DNA from: Lepidodermella squamata
Taxonomy: Eukaryota; Animalia; Gastrotricha
NCBI GenBank assembly: GCA_047495785.1
Contig: JBLDXI010000024.1
Location: forward strand, 3,534,001 to 3,598,000
Direction: 5' to 3'
Length of the DNA stretch: 64,000 bases
Each line of letters opens with the position of its first letter. Position 1 is the stretch's first letter. The position numbers and the translations under genes are program-made. The notes beneath the pieces are model-generated. The model did no database searches and had not been told where the DNA came from. It saw only the letters and a program-made list of their open reading frames with translations. Shown one piece after another: positions 29,503 through 44,300 of this stretch.

Positions 29503-30441
29503 ATGACAGAGAGTTACAGCGGTAAGTTTCCATTTCGCGAAGTCATCAATCATCCCTTACTTCCCTTAGATTTCGAATGCGTGACCTGTTATGAAATAGC
29601 GGACGCAGCTCTCGAGTCAAAATGTTGTCACAAACTATTCTGCGACATATGTTTCGAGCAAGTAAAGCTCAAGCGATGCCCAATTTGTCGCAACGAGCAA
29701 TTATTCGCGGAGAAGAACGTATTCGTGGCTAGGCTGATCGGAAATCTACCGACTACTTGCACCATCGCCGGATGTGGGGCAGCAATGACTCGAAGCGACC
29801 TGGTGGGACACATGGCTAAGAATCATAAAACTTACAATTGTCCAGCTCGTGATTGCTCGGCTCGAGAGCTAACAAAAACCGATTATCTACAGGTTACATT
29901 TTCAATTATAAAGTCGTCAGATACTACATAAACATCCGTCTTCCAGCATTTGACTACGGCACATGAGTCAACTTTGATTGACAATGCTGGCATGTTATTC
30001 ACAATGCAAGCTCAACCCACGATTTCTTTACAAAATGGGCTAGCGCCGCAGTTTCTTGATCCAATTCAAACGGTTTCCTTGCCACGAGGCTCGGCTAGAC
30101 TCGGAATAACTGGTAAATATTACTGCGGACGTGGAGGATTGCTGACCTGTCGATGCTGTAACGGCGTCTGTGGCCCGGACAATGGCTGCAACTGTCTCGA
30201 ATGCATGAGACTTGACATCACACGACGTCGCTTGCCACCGGGTTACTTCGTCAACCGTGATGGATTTACTTCAAGACGGGGAACAAATGGCTCCACATTC
30301 TACTGCGGTAGAATGGTGATGACGCACGACCGGAATACAGATGGTTACTGCGGGCCGAATAACGGAAACAATTGCTATGCCTGCCAGCAACTTGGAATCC
30401 AAGTCAGGACAATTTACTCTGCCCTTTTGGGAATGAGCTGA
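29503..30441 (+). CDS. RING finger + TRAF/SIAH-type zinc finger(s) + two Cys-rich YCGR...CGPxNGxNC modules (putative E3 ligase); exons 29503-29521, 29570-29892, 29947-30441
   Basis: CVTC..CCH..CDIC..CPIC RING; C.IAGC...H and CPARDC...H..H fingers; YYCGR..CRCCNGVCGPDNGCNCLEC and FYCGR..DGYCGPNNGNNCYAC. Confidence 0.8.
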
Positions 30442-30643
30442 GCTTAAATCAATTCGCTTTCCTATGTAACATGCATGTAACAACAAGTACGCATTCTCTC
30501 CCAATGATTTGAATTTGATGACTTGAATAGCCTTCGCATCAATGAATTACTCCGAATAGTAATAAGCCATCTTTTATTTGTCTTTATTCAGCACAAGCTA
30601 TAATTTGAGTAAACAGTATAGTATTATTGATTACTATCAACCT

Positions 30644-33600
30644 TCACGACAAAGAAACTAGGCGACAAAGTCCATCTTGAGGGGTATAGCCATCGAATTT
30701 GATGGGTGCCGAGCCGCTAGCTGCATCCCCAGCTACATCCGTCGGGCATCGATGACATACAGCCGCATAATTCGAGTCTCGTGGCTGGAAGCAAAGCTTA
30801 ACTCGCGGGCTATCACTAAACAGAATCGGCCGAGTGGTGCACCGCTCCTGAGTTGGAGTTTGCAAATTCGCAAAACGGTTCACGCAAATTGTTTTCGTTT
30901 TCACGGTGGCACTGTTGTCGACGAGTAAGCTAAACGTGGCATTCTTGTAGCCATCTGCACACCCGCAGAAGCCGTCGATACATTTTCCACCACTGTAGGT
31001 GTAGCCTGGCGAATTCAACTCAGGGAAAGTAACGCAATCATCATCAGTGGTACAATTGTCTCCGAATTCGAGATGGCGAGGACCAGGCGTTGCTGGAGTA
31101 GGGGCGCACACCTTTACCCTAGGTCGATTTACGGCGTCAGTCGGCTGAAAACCGGCCTTGCCTAGAGGACAAATTAAGGCGGAATATGAATGCCAAGGGA
31201 TACTTACAAACACAAGTTCCAGCAGAGCCGCACCTGGGCTTCATGGATTTGGTAATATTGGTCCAGTTGCATTCTTCCAACGGACCACAGTCTTCGTTTT
31301 GCGAACAAGCTGCAAGGAATAGCATTAGCTATAAGGTTGTCACCAGTTGTAACCTCAAATCTTACCTTGACCTAGCACTGAAGACGTCGGTCGAGTTGGA
31401 GGCGCTGGTACCGTGGCTATAGGCAGTCTGGTCGTGGTACCGGTTCTCTGCCTGACGATAGCCTGGAAACGCTCGCAGATTTCAGCCGTAGGTTCGAGCC
31501 TTCGACGAGGTATTCTACATTTTGCGTCAACAGCGTCTTCCGCACATTTCATGCAAACTGCGCTTCCAGCACAAACTGACCCAGAAGGTTTCAACGAATG
31601 GAATCGCTTCTCAGACTCAGTCAACGGTTTTATAGAACAGCGCCCGCCGATTGAGACCTCAGTTAGAATATCGATTGACCTATCCGGTACACAGAAGGAC
31701 TTTTTGGTCAAACCATCCCTGCTTGGGGTTGGGATCCTGCGATAGAAGGAAGATGATATTGCCGTGTAATTCGCTCCGCATGAGCACGTTCCATTATCGC
31801 AAACTGCCCCTCTCGGCGATGAAGCTACGCCACGTTCAAGGTAGACTCCGGAACAGTCAGTATCATTCGAGCAAGGACTACCCAACTCCCGGGGTAAGCA
31901 CTGCCCCTCGTTTTCATCGTAGATGTCCGAAACGGCGGCACATTGGCACCGCTTCGCAGTTGAATCACAGGAATCAGCTCGGTCATTTACAAGAAGGCAA
32001 TCATCATCTCGGGAGCAACGCGTTGAAGAATGACGACGAGTTGGGTCTCGAAGCTCGCAACGTTTCGAAGACCCGTCCCATCGGAAAGTTTGATCAGCGC
32101 AATCGCAGAAACCTTGGCCACTGGCGAAGACGTTGCACCTTAGCCCAGCAAGGGACGAGCATTCGCAGTCCCGTTTACACCGCGATCCGAACGAGTTACC
32201 AGGCAAAGGGGCGCATTGTCCACCCGGCACGGATGTGAAGCATTCAGCACATTGAACTGTATTATTAATACAATTCGAGTTCTTGGTTGCGTAGAATTCG
32301 GTTCCAGCCCCAGTGCATTGCTCGCCCATCGACTTTTTAACCGAGAATTGGCAAGATCCGTCTTCTGATATACCATAGCATGGCTTACAAACACAAGTTT
32401 TGTTACCACATGCCGGTTCAAAATCCGCGAAGCATTCCTCATTCAGGCCACAATCTTCATCAACCAAGCAGTTGTAGCCAACCCTGCTAGTCATTGTTTG
32501 AGCGGTGGTTGGAATTGCGATTAATGAGCCTGTACTGGTCTCGTTTGTAATTACTACTTCTCTGACCGCTGAACTGATTAACTGATCAGCAATCGAACAG
32601 TTGAGATATTGAGTTAAGTAACTGGGATCAAAATCGTCTCCTGGTTGCCACTGAGCTTGTTTAGCTGTGAGATTCGGGTTAGAAAATGACGAGTTAGCGC
32701 AAGATGGTGGGGTGTAAACACGAGCGTTGGATTTTGTAGATGGCACGAAGTTTGGATCACACTGGCAAATCGTTGAGTTGCAAACTCGTCCTGACGGCAG
32801 AACTTGGCGATTTGAGTTCTCATCGCAATCGATGTCGTAGTTGCAGCTGTCCCCGGCAACGCGAGTTATGCAACGCCCTGTCTCTTCATCAAATCGCTGG
32901 TTAGTGAGGGGGCATTCGCAAGACATTGCTCCACAGGTCATATCTCCAGCACAATTCAGGTAAGGAGGTGAGCAAGTTGCGCCGTAGCCGACGTAGCTGT
33001 AAGTATCGGCCTGACATTGGCCGTCAACTGACCGATAGCCGCGAAGACAGCGCACAGTGCCCAGGCTACACTCTGCATTAGCTGGGTAGATCTCATTTGC
33101 AGAACCGAGGCACTTCTCGCCATATTTGAGGAACTTGTCTAGAAAAGCAGTATTATTACATTGAGAATCTCGACCTATCATTTTCAACTTACTAGAACTG
33201 CATATGCCATTTTCATCTGGGGAATAACAATCCTTGCAGATACATCTGCCCATGAGGCAAGGTGGGTCAACAGGTGCATGAAGGCACATCTCATGAAGAC
33301 CGCAATCCGTATCTACCTTGCAACCTTGGTTCACTCTGGACTCAAAGATCAGCTCATTAGGAAAACTGTCAAGCAGCATTGTTTCATTAAGAGCGGTGTC
33401 GTCGACTGCAGCTGCCTCTTCAGGCTTCAGAGTGGTTTCCTCCGCAGCTGTGGTAGTTGCTTCGCCATTATCTTGCGACAAAATGCATTCTATCGAAATA
33501 AAAAAAAGCTATGGACAAAATGCAAAATCTTGCAAAATTACTTGGCTGAGCCGTTGCAACAGTGCCATTGTAAATTCCTAATTGGAAGAAACATATCTTA

Positions 33601-34629
33601 AAAATTGAAACATTACAATTTGACTTACGGCACTTCCCGCGACCAGGCTGTTTATCTTCAGGGCAATGAAAGCAAACGCTTGTGTCACTACAAACAGCTG
33701 CGAGTGGCGTGTCAGATGCGAAAATGGGTTCGACATCACACGAGGAGGTCAAGTTCTGATTAGCCCTCGTCCCATTCGCAATGCAAATCTTCTTGGAGTA
33801 TACTGACCCGTCAAGGGGGTCGATGAAAGAGGCGGATGTTTGCTGATAACCCGCGGCACAGACGCACCGTTTAGTTGTGGGAGAGCAAGCTCCGCCACGA
33901 TAGGTAAAACCTGCCCGGCGACCAGATAAACCGAACGAATTGCAATCAACATCTGCCGAGCAGACCTCCCCTAATTCGGGCTTTTCGCACTTTTGATTAG
34001 CGCTGTTCCACGTAAAACCGGGCGCGCATTTACAATGGGACAGACACTTGAGGCCGTAAGCACAGTCACATTCTCCGCTGCAAGTTAATCCATGCGATTT
34101 TCTCTGTTTCGGCAAAACACATGTTCCATTGCGTGCCTGAGAGAGCGTGACGTAACAAATGAGAGTATATTAAATTTCAGTTTCTCACGATGTAACACGA
34201 AGAACAGAGCACTCGTTTGCTTCTAAGGCTGCAAAAAGCATGCTCGGGATAGACTTCGTTTTTGGCACCAGTGCAGGCGTCATCGCAAGCTGCTAAATCT
34301 GCAGCGGTTACGATAATACCGCTATCGGCAAGCAATCGAGCGTTGTTGCGAGCATCGCATGGCTTTCGAAATTCAATTGCGGAACAGTTGCCAGTTGCGT
34401 TTCGGGCGAAACAAGAAGAACAAACACATGTTTTCGTACTTGCTTCACAAATTTCATTGCCACCACACGCAGCATCGCTTTCACAACCTGGGAAAAGTAA
34501 GTAATGACTTCGAAGTCCGCCAAATAGTTGCTAAATACCTTTGGATTTCGATGACTCATCAACTGCTTCATCCTCAGCGGTTACTACAGCTGCTAAGATC
34601 AACAGGAAAAGCCCAACGCTAGGCTTCAT
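30644..34629 (-). CDS. Secreted multi-exon Cys-rich protein with EB-module/EGF-like repeats
   Basis: Signal peptide MKPSVGLFLLILAAVVTA from ATG 34629; repeated C..D.DCG..E.C and G..C..D.DC...C....C.C..G(Y/F) modules across ORFs 33468-34115, 31355-33481 and 30644-31213; no TM segment seen. Confidence 0.75.
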
Positions 34630-35339
34630 GAGCTGCGTCAAACCTCTGGAGGGATGTTTTTAATGGTGAAAGAATTATTTTAGATTTGTCCAGCCGACAA
34701 GATGAAACGTAGCGGGCGTAATTTCGTTGCGATGATTAACAACCGCGTTGATAGTACTGCGCTATGATGATATATCATGACGCATCACGAGTGACTTTGT
34801 ACTGGGCTTTATCAGCGCGTTCATCTCATATACCGGCTCATGTTTATGCACGCTTAATTGACATGCCCCGAGAAATGTTGAGAATAAGCTTATGCTAAAC
34901 ATTAAATCCTGGGCTCAATTGCGGATTTTGCAGCAATTAGCATTGGTTTAACTCTTTAGACGAAAAGTGGGGTTTTGATTCATTTTTTGGATGATGAAGC
35001 CGAAAATTCAAATTATTAAATTTTAAAAGTTTTCCTTCAAAATTCAGAGTATTTTAATTAACCCTCTGACGCGTCATTCCATTTTCGAAGGATTTCAAGG
35101 TCGATAAAAAAGCACAATGTTTTGAGAAAATAAGAAATGTGGAAGCTTCCAGAATAAGTGATTAGAAAGCGATTGGCAACGCGCGTCACCGATCGATGTG
35201 CGGCGTCTTTATACTTGGAGAGCGATACGAACCGAGTTACTGTTGAAAAATTAATGACCCTTTCTTTCTGCAAGCTGGCTGGCTATATGCAGCATACGTA
35301 GCATTTTTTAGCGATCTGTCAAGAAATGAAACCTGCAAC

Positions 35340-38300
35340 ATGATACAAACGAATATGCTTAACAAGGCTGATTTTCTGAGACTTATGTTAGCCTCAATTT
35401 TTGTTCTCACGGCAGTGATTTTCCGAAGAGGCGATGCGTTTTGCAACACAGTTCCGAATCCGCCGTTATTCGCTTTGCCCACACATTACGACACACAATC
35501 GAAAACAAAGATAAACTACTACTGTCCCGCGCATTTTGTGTCGTCTTACAACAATTTGTACACGCGTTGGGCGGGTTATGTGGAGTGCATGGCGAACGGG
35601 ACGAATGATTACTGGAAAACTGATCAAGTGGCTAATTGCGAAGGTATTCACGTGCGGACCAGGATCCCAGAAATTAAATGATAAATTTTTGATTCGACAG
35701 CTGCTTCCTGCTATCCACCCTGTAAATCCGGTAAGGGAGAGTGTGTATGCGGACTTTTGAGCTGTCGATGTGAATGCTTATACCCTTACACTGGCGCCGA
35801 TTGCAGCGTCAGTAAGTTTTCAAGCTAAAATTCAAAATTCTCGTTACGTTCAAATATTTCTGCGTAGATCCGACAGTCACATTGCCAAATAACAATAGTG
35901 TCTTCTTTCTGTATTCTTTCGCTGATCCGCACTACATTGCGCAGCCTGAGAAAGATGCAAAACAGCCTTGGGTAATGGACGTGTCAGGAAATGACCGCCA
36001 TGGAAAAATAATTGATGCTGGGCCTGGGAAGCGGCCATTTATTCATCCTACTGCACTAACTGGGATGACATCAAACTCGCGTAAATACCTGTCCATGGCA
36101 TTTTCAAACGACCCCTATTCCTACAACAGCGGGGTTAGTGCTTTATTCAATTTCAATTTCAAGCGACAGCTTATGATCTTTTCTTAATATAGAATAACTG
36201 GTACGGGACGCGGTCACTTGGCTGGATTGAAGTCTCAGAGCCTGAATACAACGTTGCGGCTGCCTCGATCACAGCTTCAACGCAACATTCCTTGATGACA
36301 TTTTTCAACAAGCTGGCCGGCTGCTGGCAGCGAGGTGGCTGCCATAATGCCGATAACGATGATGTGAGTTTTGCTCTCCATCTTCAACAACTCTGACGCC
36401 AAGCTCTTTATATTGCTATTTAGTATCCCTTTCTCGCATACAAGCCAACTTCAGGCCAGGGCCCTATGTTGACATCTGATTGGTCAAGGGGTTGTCTTTA
36501 TTATACACCTTCTTCCGGGGCTTACACTAAAACCTGCACACAACACTTTGACCCAAGCTGTTGGGAGTGGAAATTCTTCGGGTATTATTGCTGCGACAAG
36601 CCACTGTGCCTTGACTGGTCCTGCGAAGATTGGGATTGGAACTTCAAATGTGGCGGACAATCCAGCAATTTCATGCTCATGCATTTTCAATTTAACAACC
36701 CTACAAGTGACTACGTAAAAGTTACCTTCGATGGCGATACAGCAACCTCACAGGCTCTACCAGGGACAACTCAGTATCAAACAACTCAGTCTTTATTTGT
36801 AGGCACTAGAATAACAACAACAGGAACAGCCCCTGCTTACGGTTATATGCCGGTAAATTTCAAATACTAAATTTTGATATTGTTTTCATGCACGCATCTT
36901 TGCCAGGGTTACTTGGCTTCGACGGCATTCTACGTGAACAAGGTGGGGATGAGCGGAAGCGATGAGGACGACTTTAAAGCCTGGGCTAATACCAACTTCG
37001 CGACGGGGAGCTCTATGCTTCCAAATGGCTACATTACCGGGAATGCTTGCAACGTGCCGCCTACGAACATCCAATATGGCGTGCCAACAGACATGCCGAT
37101 CGGATCTGCGGTTAACGACGATGTGTTTTACATATCACTGCCCTTCTTCAATACTGGCGGCTACTATCGGCTGCGGAAAGCTACATGCACCGCAACTGGG
37201 TGGACGAAACAGGGTGATTTCGACCAAAATACGCGTAAGCTCCTTCAATTTTGCATTGGCCAACCCGCGATCGAACTAATTAAGCAAGAACAAATCTCTA
37301 AGTTACTTGAAACTTCAAGCTTTCTTAAAAGCCTATATTACAATTGTCCTTTTTCAGTCTCAACTTGCATCCCATACTGTCATCACCTTGGCTGGTGTGA
37401 TTGTACTGGAAATGTTTGCACCTGTCAGTGCCCGACTGGCTATTCTGGTCCCGATTGCACTATAGCACAAGCTGATTTGCCGACAGGCGCTATTGCATTC
37501 TGGCCGCTCAGTATCGATAGCATGGAGCACAATGGCAATGCCTGGTCAAGAAAAGCCGATGACATGACGGCTAATGCCAATCCGATAGTCCTTGGAAATA
37601 TTGGTATGGTTTTAGGCTGTAGTATCGAATTTCTAAATTTGTGAACAAATTCACAGCTGTGGTTGATGGACCTTTTGGTGCACCGTATACAGCAATCTAC
37701 TTGAAGTAAGATACGGACTATCATTTAGTAAATTTGATAAATTTTGCTCTCCAGCGAACGCCGAGCTGGAGCTTACGGGAAAGTCACGCCACCCCCTTCG
37801 ATTTCGGGGACAACTTCTTTCTCAATTCTATTCTACTTCAAATTCACCCATGCGCTATACAGCCCGCCTCGCACTGTTCCCCTATTCCTCTTTTCATCGC
37901 CATCAAGTTCGCCACTCACCGCTCCTTCATGGTTTATCGACGAAGCGACCGGCCAGATCCGCTACAACCCAGGCAACGTTTTACTGAACAACGTCGGTAC
38001 TAATACGTTCATTTATAACGTTAAAACTGCTTGGATTCCGGGTAAAATTGTTTACGACGCAACCAGCGGCAATATGGGGACAGCAACTTTCGATGCTGTG
38101 CCGAACCCGAACACAGCCGTCACCATTGATACAACAGGATCAACGGATTTTTACGTCGGGTACCGAGATGACATCAACAGAGTTTCGGATCTTGCAGTGT
38201 CCTGTGTTGGGATATACACCGGGGCGTACACAGCTACTTTGGCTGAACAACATGGCCAAAGGTGTCAATTGTTTTCAAAATTGACGTGCAGTTCAGCACC

Positions 38301-41300
38301 TGGACCATTAACTAACGCGGTTCAATCTGCCCTTGAGACTAACTCGACAAAAACAGTCTCATATTGGTGTTTCAGCGGTTACAGGTACGTTGTCAGTCTT
38401 ATGAGGGCCCGAGAAAGATACTGATTGTTGTTTTCTCAGATGGAGTTCAAATTCCCAGCAAGCCCAATCAATAAAATGCACTCAAACGACGGGGACAATG
38501 CTACCGACTATGTCTTGGGTTCCGGCGACTCCGCCAGGATCATGCGCAGCTTCAACGACTGTTTGTACTCCGAGTTGTGCGAACTCAGGTAAATTTGCCG
38601 GTTTTTAATCCTCATCAACGGGAATACCTTTCTAACTGTCACTAAAAGGTACTTGCGTTGCTGGTACTCCGACAGCTTCTTGTAAGTGTGCCACTGGTTA
38701 CGCTGGGATCGATTGCTCTATTCGTGAGTTTATGGTTGTTTTTTTTATATTCTCGGATTATTTTCAAATATTTTAGCTCTCAACATCTTCCCGACAAATT
38801 GTAATCTCGTTGCCTTATGGACAATGATGTCGACGCATGTATCGAGCACAGGAAAAATATCTGATATTTTCAATCGGACCTACGATATGACTGTGGACCG
38901 AAACACGGTATTCTTCCCAGATAATGGTCCATTCTCTGCTCCAACTGGCCTCGGTTTCGGTCTTGCCCAACAAACGTCAACGTCAATCGTCGGCGCTCTC
39001 CAGGTCGGAGAAATTTTGTTTTAGCTATCTCGCTTACTTAATTGCTATTCAATTCTTTAGGTGACTTTTCCAGTAGTACCGTTTCAGCTAAACGCGCCTT
39101 GGACGATTTCAGCCTATGTCCGTTTTAATCCTACTGCGGACTGGGCCGTCGAGTATCCCTTCGTTACTTTCCTAAATGATGGCATCGCTGGGAATTCACC
39201 TTCCATCGCTATGGACCCGAAAGGAAATGCTAAATTTAAGTACACCGCGCTTGGATCTAGTACGAGTGTCCCGATCAGCACGCCACCTAACAACTGGATC
39301 GGTGTTGGATTTCAATGGAGATGGGTTTCGTTCCGTTATGACCCAGCTACGTTAAGAGTAACATACGTTATGGACACAACTTTTGGAACTAACATAACTC
39401 TTGCGAATGCGCCTGTGTTTAAATCTATTAAAATGTACGTCGGATCTTCGGATGTGGCTCTCGCCCCGATTTGGGATGGCTCCATCTCCTGCCTCTCAAT
39501 TTACAACTGGGCACTAAGTGACGCAGAGACTACTCAGTTGAGGCTAGCCTGCAAACAGATTTTAGGCGGAGGAGCTGCTCCCGCTGCTTCACCGACGACC
39601 TGCAGAGCGTGCCAAGGCGCCTCCTTACCTTATGGCTATTTAGCTATGCCTGACTCAAATGACTACATGTATGCGGCTGGGTCGGTTGTAACTTTCGATT
39701 CCGTTGCTTTCACTTGGTTTGATGTTGCGGCACCTCCTCTTCGTACAGTTAGTGTCACCTGCTCGGCTACAACTGGATTGTGGGATACAACACCCATCAC
39801 TGCTAATACTTATGGTAGGCCCGCTGAAAATATTATATTTTTGGGAATATATAACAATAATTTGATTGTACAGCATTTGGATGTTATCCTGAGTGTCACA
39901 ACGAGTAAGTGTTAATTGATTCATATATGCATTTATTTTAACTAATTTTGAAAATTAAATTAGCGGTCTTTGTACCTGCACAACCACATCCTGCTCTTGC
40001 ACTTGTATGACTGGATTTTCTGGTATCGACTGCTCGATTCAAAGCGACATGGCCACTCACATCACGAAGGCCAGCGTTTTCTATCCTCTAACCCTGGACC
40101 AAACTATAGCTCAAGGCTCGAATCCTACTAACACACAGCCCTACGCGGTCGATGTTTCGCCGAATAAGTTTCATCTGCAAGTCGGGAAAATAGTTGCTCT
40201 TCAAACTGGACCATGGAATACGCCGGATAGCTCTTATAGATTCAGAAATGGTTTCGACTACTGGTTGAATGGCAATGGAAATCTGTTTGGTACTGTTACT
40301 GGTTCATCAGTCATGTCTGGCAGCCAACCAGTTACCCTTCTTTTCTACATGCGCTTTAACGCTAAAACTGGAGATCAGCCAATTCTCGCCTTTCAAACGC
40401 CCAATGCATCTCCGCAGTGCACCTCATTTGTTGTCGATGAAGTGAACGACAACTTGCTGTATTATCCAACGAATGTTTCCGTTCCTAAGAGTGGCGCTTC
40501 GTCGATATTGACCACTACAGCTTGGATTCCTATGAAAGTTACCTACACAGCTGGGCAGAAGGTCGGTATTTCTACATTTGACAACACGTACTCGACTTAC
40601 ACGGCTTCAACTGTTACCGTGCGGACTTCAAGCACTCTCTTGATTGGCTACGATAATTTCCTAAAATTGGCGACCGATTTGACGCTCTCATGCCTCGCCG
40701 TTTTCCCTAACACAGTTACAAGTTCAACTCTCGAAACTAACCACGGTATGTTCATGGTTCATATTAGAGCTTAATAGAGAAATCCGTAATTATTTGCAGA
40801 AAAAGCTTGTCAAGTGTTTGCAAAGCAGTTCTGTCCGCTTCCGCCATCCAACATTGCAAATACCATGTCGCCAACTTACAAGAACGTTTTCGTTGACACC
40901 GAAGCCTGGTATTTCTGCTTTTCTGGCTTTTCGATAAACGGAGGCACTCCGAGGTCAACCTCGATAACATGCAAGCACCCGCATACATCGTTCTACACTC
41001 CTGCTGCTCCTACCTGGAACCCATCGACACCCAGTCCTTGCACGGCTACGACAGCTAGCTGTATTCAGCCGTGTCTCAACGGTGGGACATGTTTCAGTGG
41101 ATTGCCGACTGCAATTTGCGAGTGTCCTTCTCCCTACTCCGGTCCTGATTGCAGCATAGGTATGTTAAGTCGAGCATTCCATAAAAATTTCTGATTTTTC
41201 CGCTTCTAGATCTTCGGATATTCCCGGACCGGTGCCATTTGGTCTCTGCGTTTCCATTGACCAGCTTTTTCATTAACAACTGGGGAAAGGCTATTGATTT

Positions 41301-44300
41301 GATGTCTTCATCAAGAACTGCGATAATTCCAACGGGGGCGAATATTGAATGGCACACTTCAATTCCATTTCCGGCCTATCCACCCCCACTAGCGGTAGCT
41401 AACTTGGCTTACTCAACTGCTGGTCAAGTAAAGGTCGTGTACGGTACAACTGCTCCAGCTTTTGAAGCATCGTCTTCATTCACCATTTCCGCCTACATCC
41501 GCTTCGATCAAGTGAAAACTGTTTACAAAACTTTATACCCACTCGTATCATTCACTAACCTATGGGGTAGCAACTCTCCCGCTATTTTCATCTCCCCGGA
41601 TGGGAAGGCGGTTCTTCTCTATAAATACGGGTCTAATACATACACCCTAAACATCCCGTTCACTCGATTGATCGGCATTGGACCTTGGGCGTTTGTTTCA
41701 TTCAATTACGATTCGGCGAATAATCGAATTACTACTTCGATGAATAACGCGTTGTTCTCGACGCCTGTATCGGTAACTCAATATCCAATGTGGGCAACTT
41801 CCACGCTTTGGATTGGGTCTACTGATACAACTATATCAGGGGGTGCAACAGTCTTCACTGGAACAATATCTTGCTTAACAATCTACGAGAAATCTTTAAG
41901 CTCGGCAGAGTTGACCCAACTTAAACTGGTCTGCGATTCCTTCCTCGGCGGGTCGACGGCAAATAACACGGCTACAGATTGCACAACATGTTTGCTGCCG
42001 CCAACTGGGGGGTTGCCCATTGTTACGGAAAATGATGTCGACCTGCCTGTTGGAAAGACATTGACTTATGTCACCCCACCTTATTGGCGATATCCGAATA
42101 TCAACTTCAATCAACGCACTCTGTCTACAACATGCCAGGCTTCGGGCACTGCTCCCGTATGGAGTACCCCTCTAATTCCTGTTATCGACAGCCCTCCTTG
42201 TAAGACCTGCACTACTTTATTTTCGAGTTTAAATATTTGACTTTTTTATAAGCTTACACGGTTTATTGCGACCCACCGTGCGTTAATGGCTGGTGCGAAT
42301 GCTTATCTGGTTCGTCATGCAAATGTAACTGTCTCGCTGGCTACACTGGACCTGATTGCTTGGTACTGGCTACGACTATTACCAGCGTTGCATCATCATT
42401 TTGGCCAATGACTCTTGACTCTGGAATGGCGAGACATCCAACGCTAGCACGCCTTGTTGCCTTGGACTTTGGTACAAACAACAACCCTCTGAATCTGTAC
42501 CTTGGAATTGGTTTGGACAACGGGCCGTTTAGCAACACCCCAAACAGCGCTGTTCGAGTGAGATCACTCAGGACGCTTCCTAGAATTATCGGAGCGGCGT
42601 CGAGTACAACTTTCCCAGCAACATGGACGATCACGTTTTTCCTAAAATATAACCCAAAAGCGTTTGATCACCAGCCAATTATAACTTTCGGCTCAACTGC
42701 TGCTTTCTCGCAATTTTGGCTGAATGTTCAAAGCGGGCAACTTGTTTACCAACCTGGTAATAAAGTGATTCCTTTGAATGGGCCTTCTCCGATATCGAGC
42801 CCTGGAACTTGGTTCCTGATGATAATAACGTACTCAGGGGGTTTGATGGCTTCGTCTTCAAACGGGGCAAACCCTAATGTTGCAAGTAGCGGAATCGCGG
42901 TTACTGGACTTAATGGTGCGTCGATTATGTACGTTGGCCTTAGCAACTACCCGACCAGCTGGTTTTACTCGGACCTGTCGGTCACTTGCATGGCTCTCTA
43001 CCCAGCTGTATATTCATCTGCTCTAGCGAATCAGCACGGTCAACTTTGCCATCTATTCACGAAAATGCAGTGCTCGACAACGGCTCCGCGACCACCTGGT
43101 ACTAAGTTTGTGGCGACGGATACCAATGCGATAGCCAGTCAAGGTGTCACCTACACATGTATCGGGGGTTACTTATGGGCTGCTCCCGTCAATGCCAAAA
43201 CTCGAAGTGTCTCGTGCATACAGAGCTTGTCTCTAAACCCTACGGTTTCCTGGTCTCCAACGTCTCTAACAGGGTCATGCGTTGGTAGGTTATTTGCATC
43301 CTTAGGCTATATATAACTGAATGATAATTTATCAAGCTTCTACATCAACCTGCTCTCCAGCTTGTGCAAGCGGAGCTACCTGTGTTGCTGCTACAGACTT
43401 CGCACGTTGCAAATGCCCGACGGGTGTAACAGGGCTCGATTGTTCGATAAGTGAGTTTCGAATCTTTTTTACTGGAGATAGTTTGGATTCCAAAATACCT
43501 ATGTTACAGATACCTTGAAACTTCCGGCCTTATGCAGAATCGTCTCTCTGTGGCCGCTCAATATCCAAAACTTGAACAACCTCGGGAAGGCTGTAGACGT
43601 CATACAAGGGCAAGATGCAGATGTCGCTACTACCCTTTTGTGGCCTGATAACGGACCATACCCACAAAGCGGCAAGGCTGTTCCTAATTTAGTGGGATCC
43701 TCAGTCGGAGCGATCCTAGTCAACGCCCAGGCTCCATTGCTACAACTTGAATCGTGGACCATCTCTGCGTTTCTCCAGTTCGATTTCACAGCTGTTGGCA
43801 ACTCAAATTTCGACAAATTTTACGCATTTTTCTCGTTTGCAAATAACACGAACATCGTCAATTCACCCGCCATTTTCATGTCTCCGGCTGGGCAAATTCG
43901 GATGTACTACGTTGCAGAAGGTGCTTCACGCTTCTATGATTTGAATGGCCCGAGCTATATAGGCGTTGGCCAGTGGGCTTTCGTGTCCATCACATATAAC
44001 AGCGTTACGCAAAGACTTTATCTGGCTATGCGGCTGCGGGGCGGTTATACTGGTTTGACGACTAGCAACATGTTGCAGCCGCCTCCAGTTTTCTCAGCAA
44101 CCAATACGAACTTCTACATCGGGTCAACAGATATGGGACCTCAACCTGGGACCTATACCACAGTTTTCCCTGGTCGCATAGCTTGCATGTCAATCTATAA
44201 AACAGCATTAGCGGCAGCTGAGATCAGCCAACTTTTCGCAGCATGCAGTGAGATTTTGGGTTCGACCGTCCCTGCGCCGCTAACTTCCCAAACTACTTGC

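Noticed and set aside
34724-34740. RFX X-box-like word in the EB/polycystin divergent promoter
   Set aside because: Spacing and half-sites deviate from consensus, so it does not support ciliary regulation.
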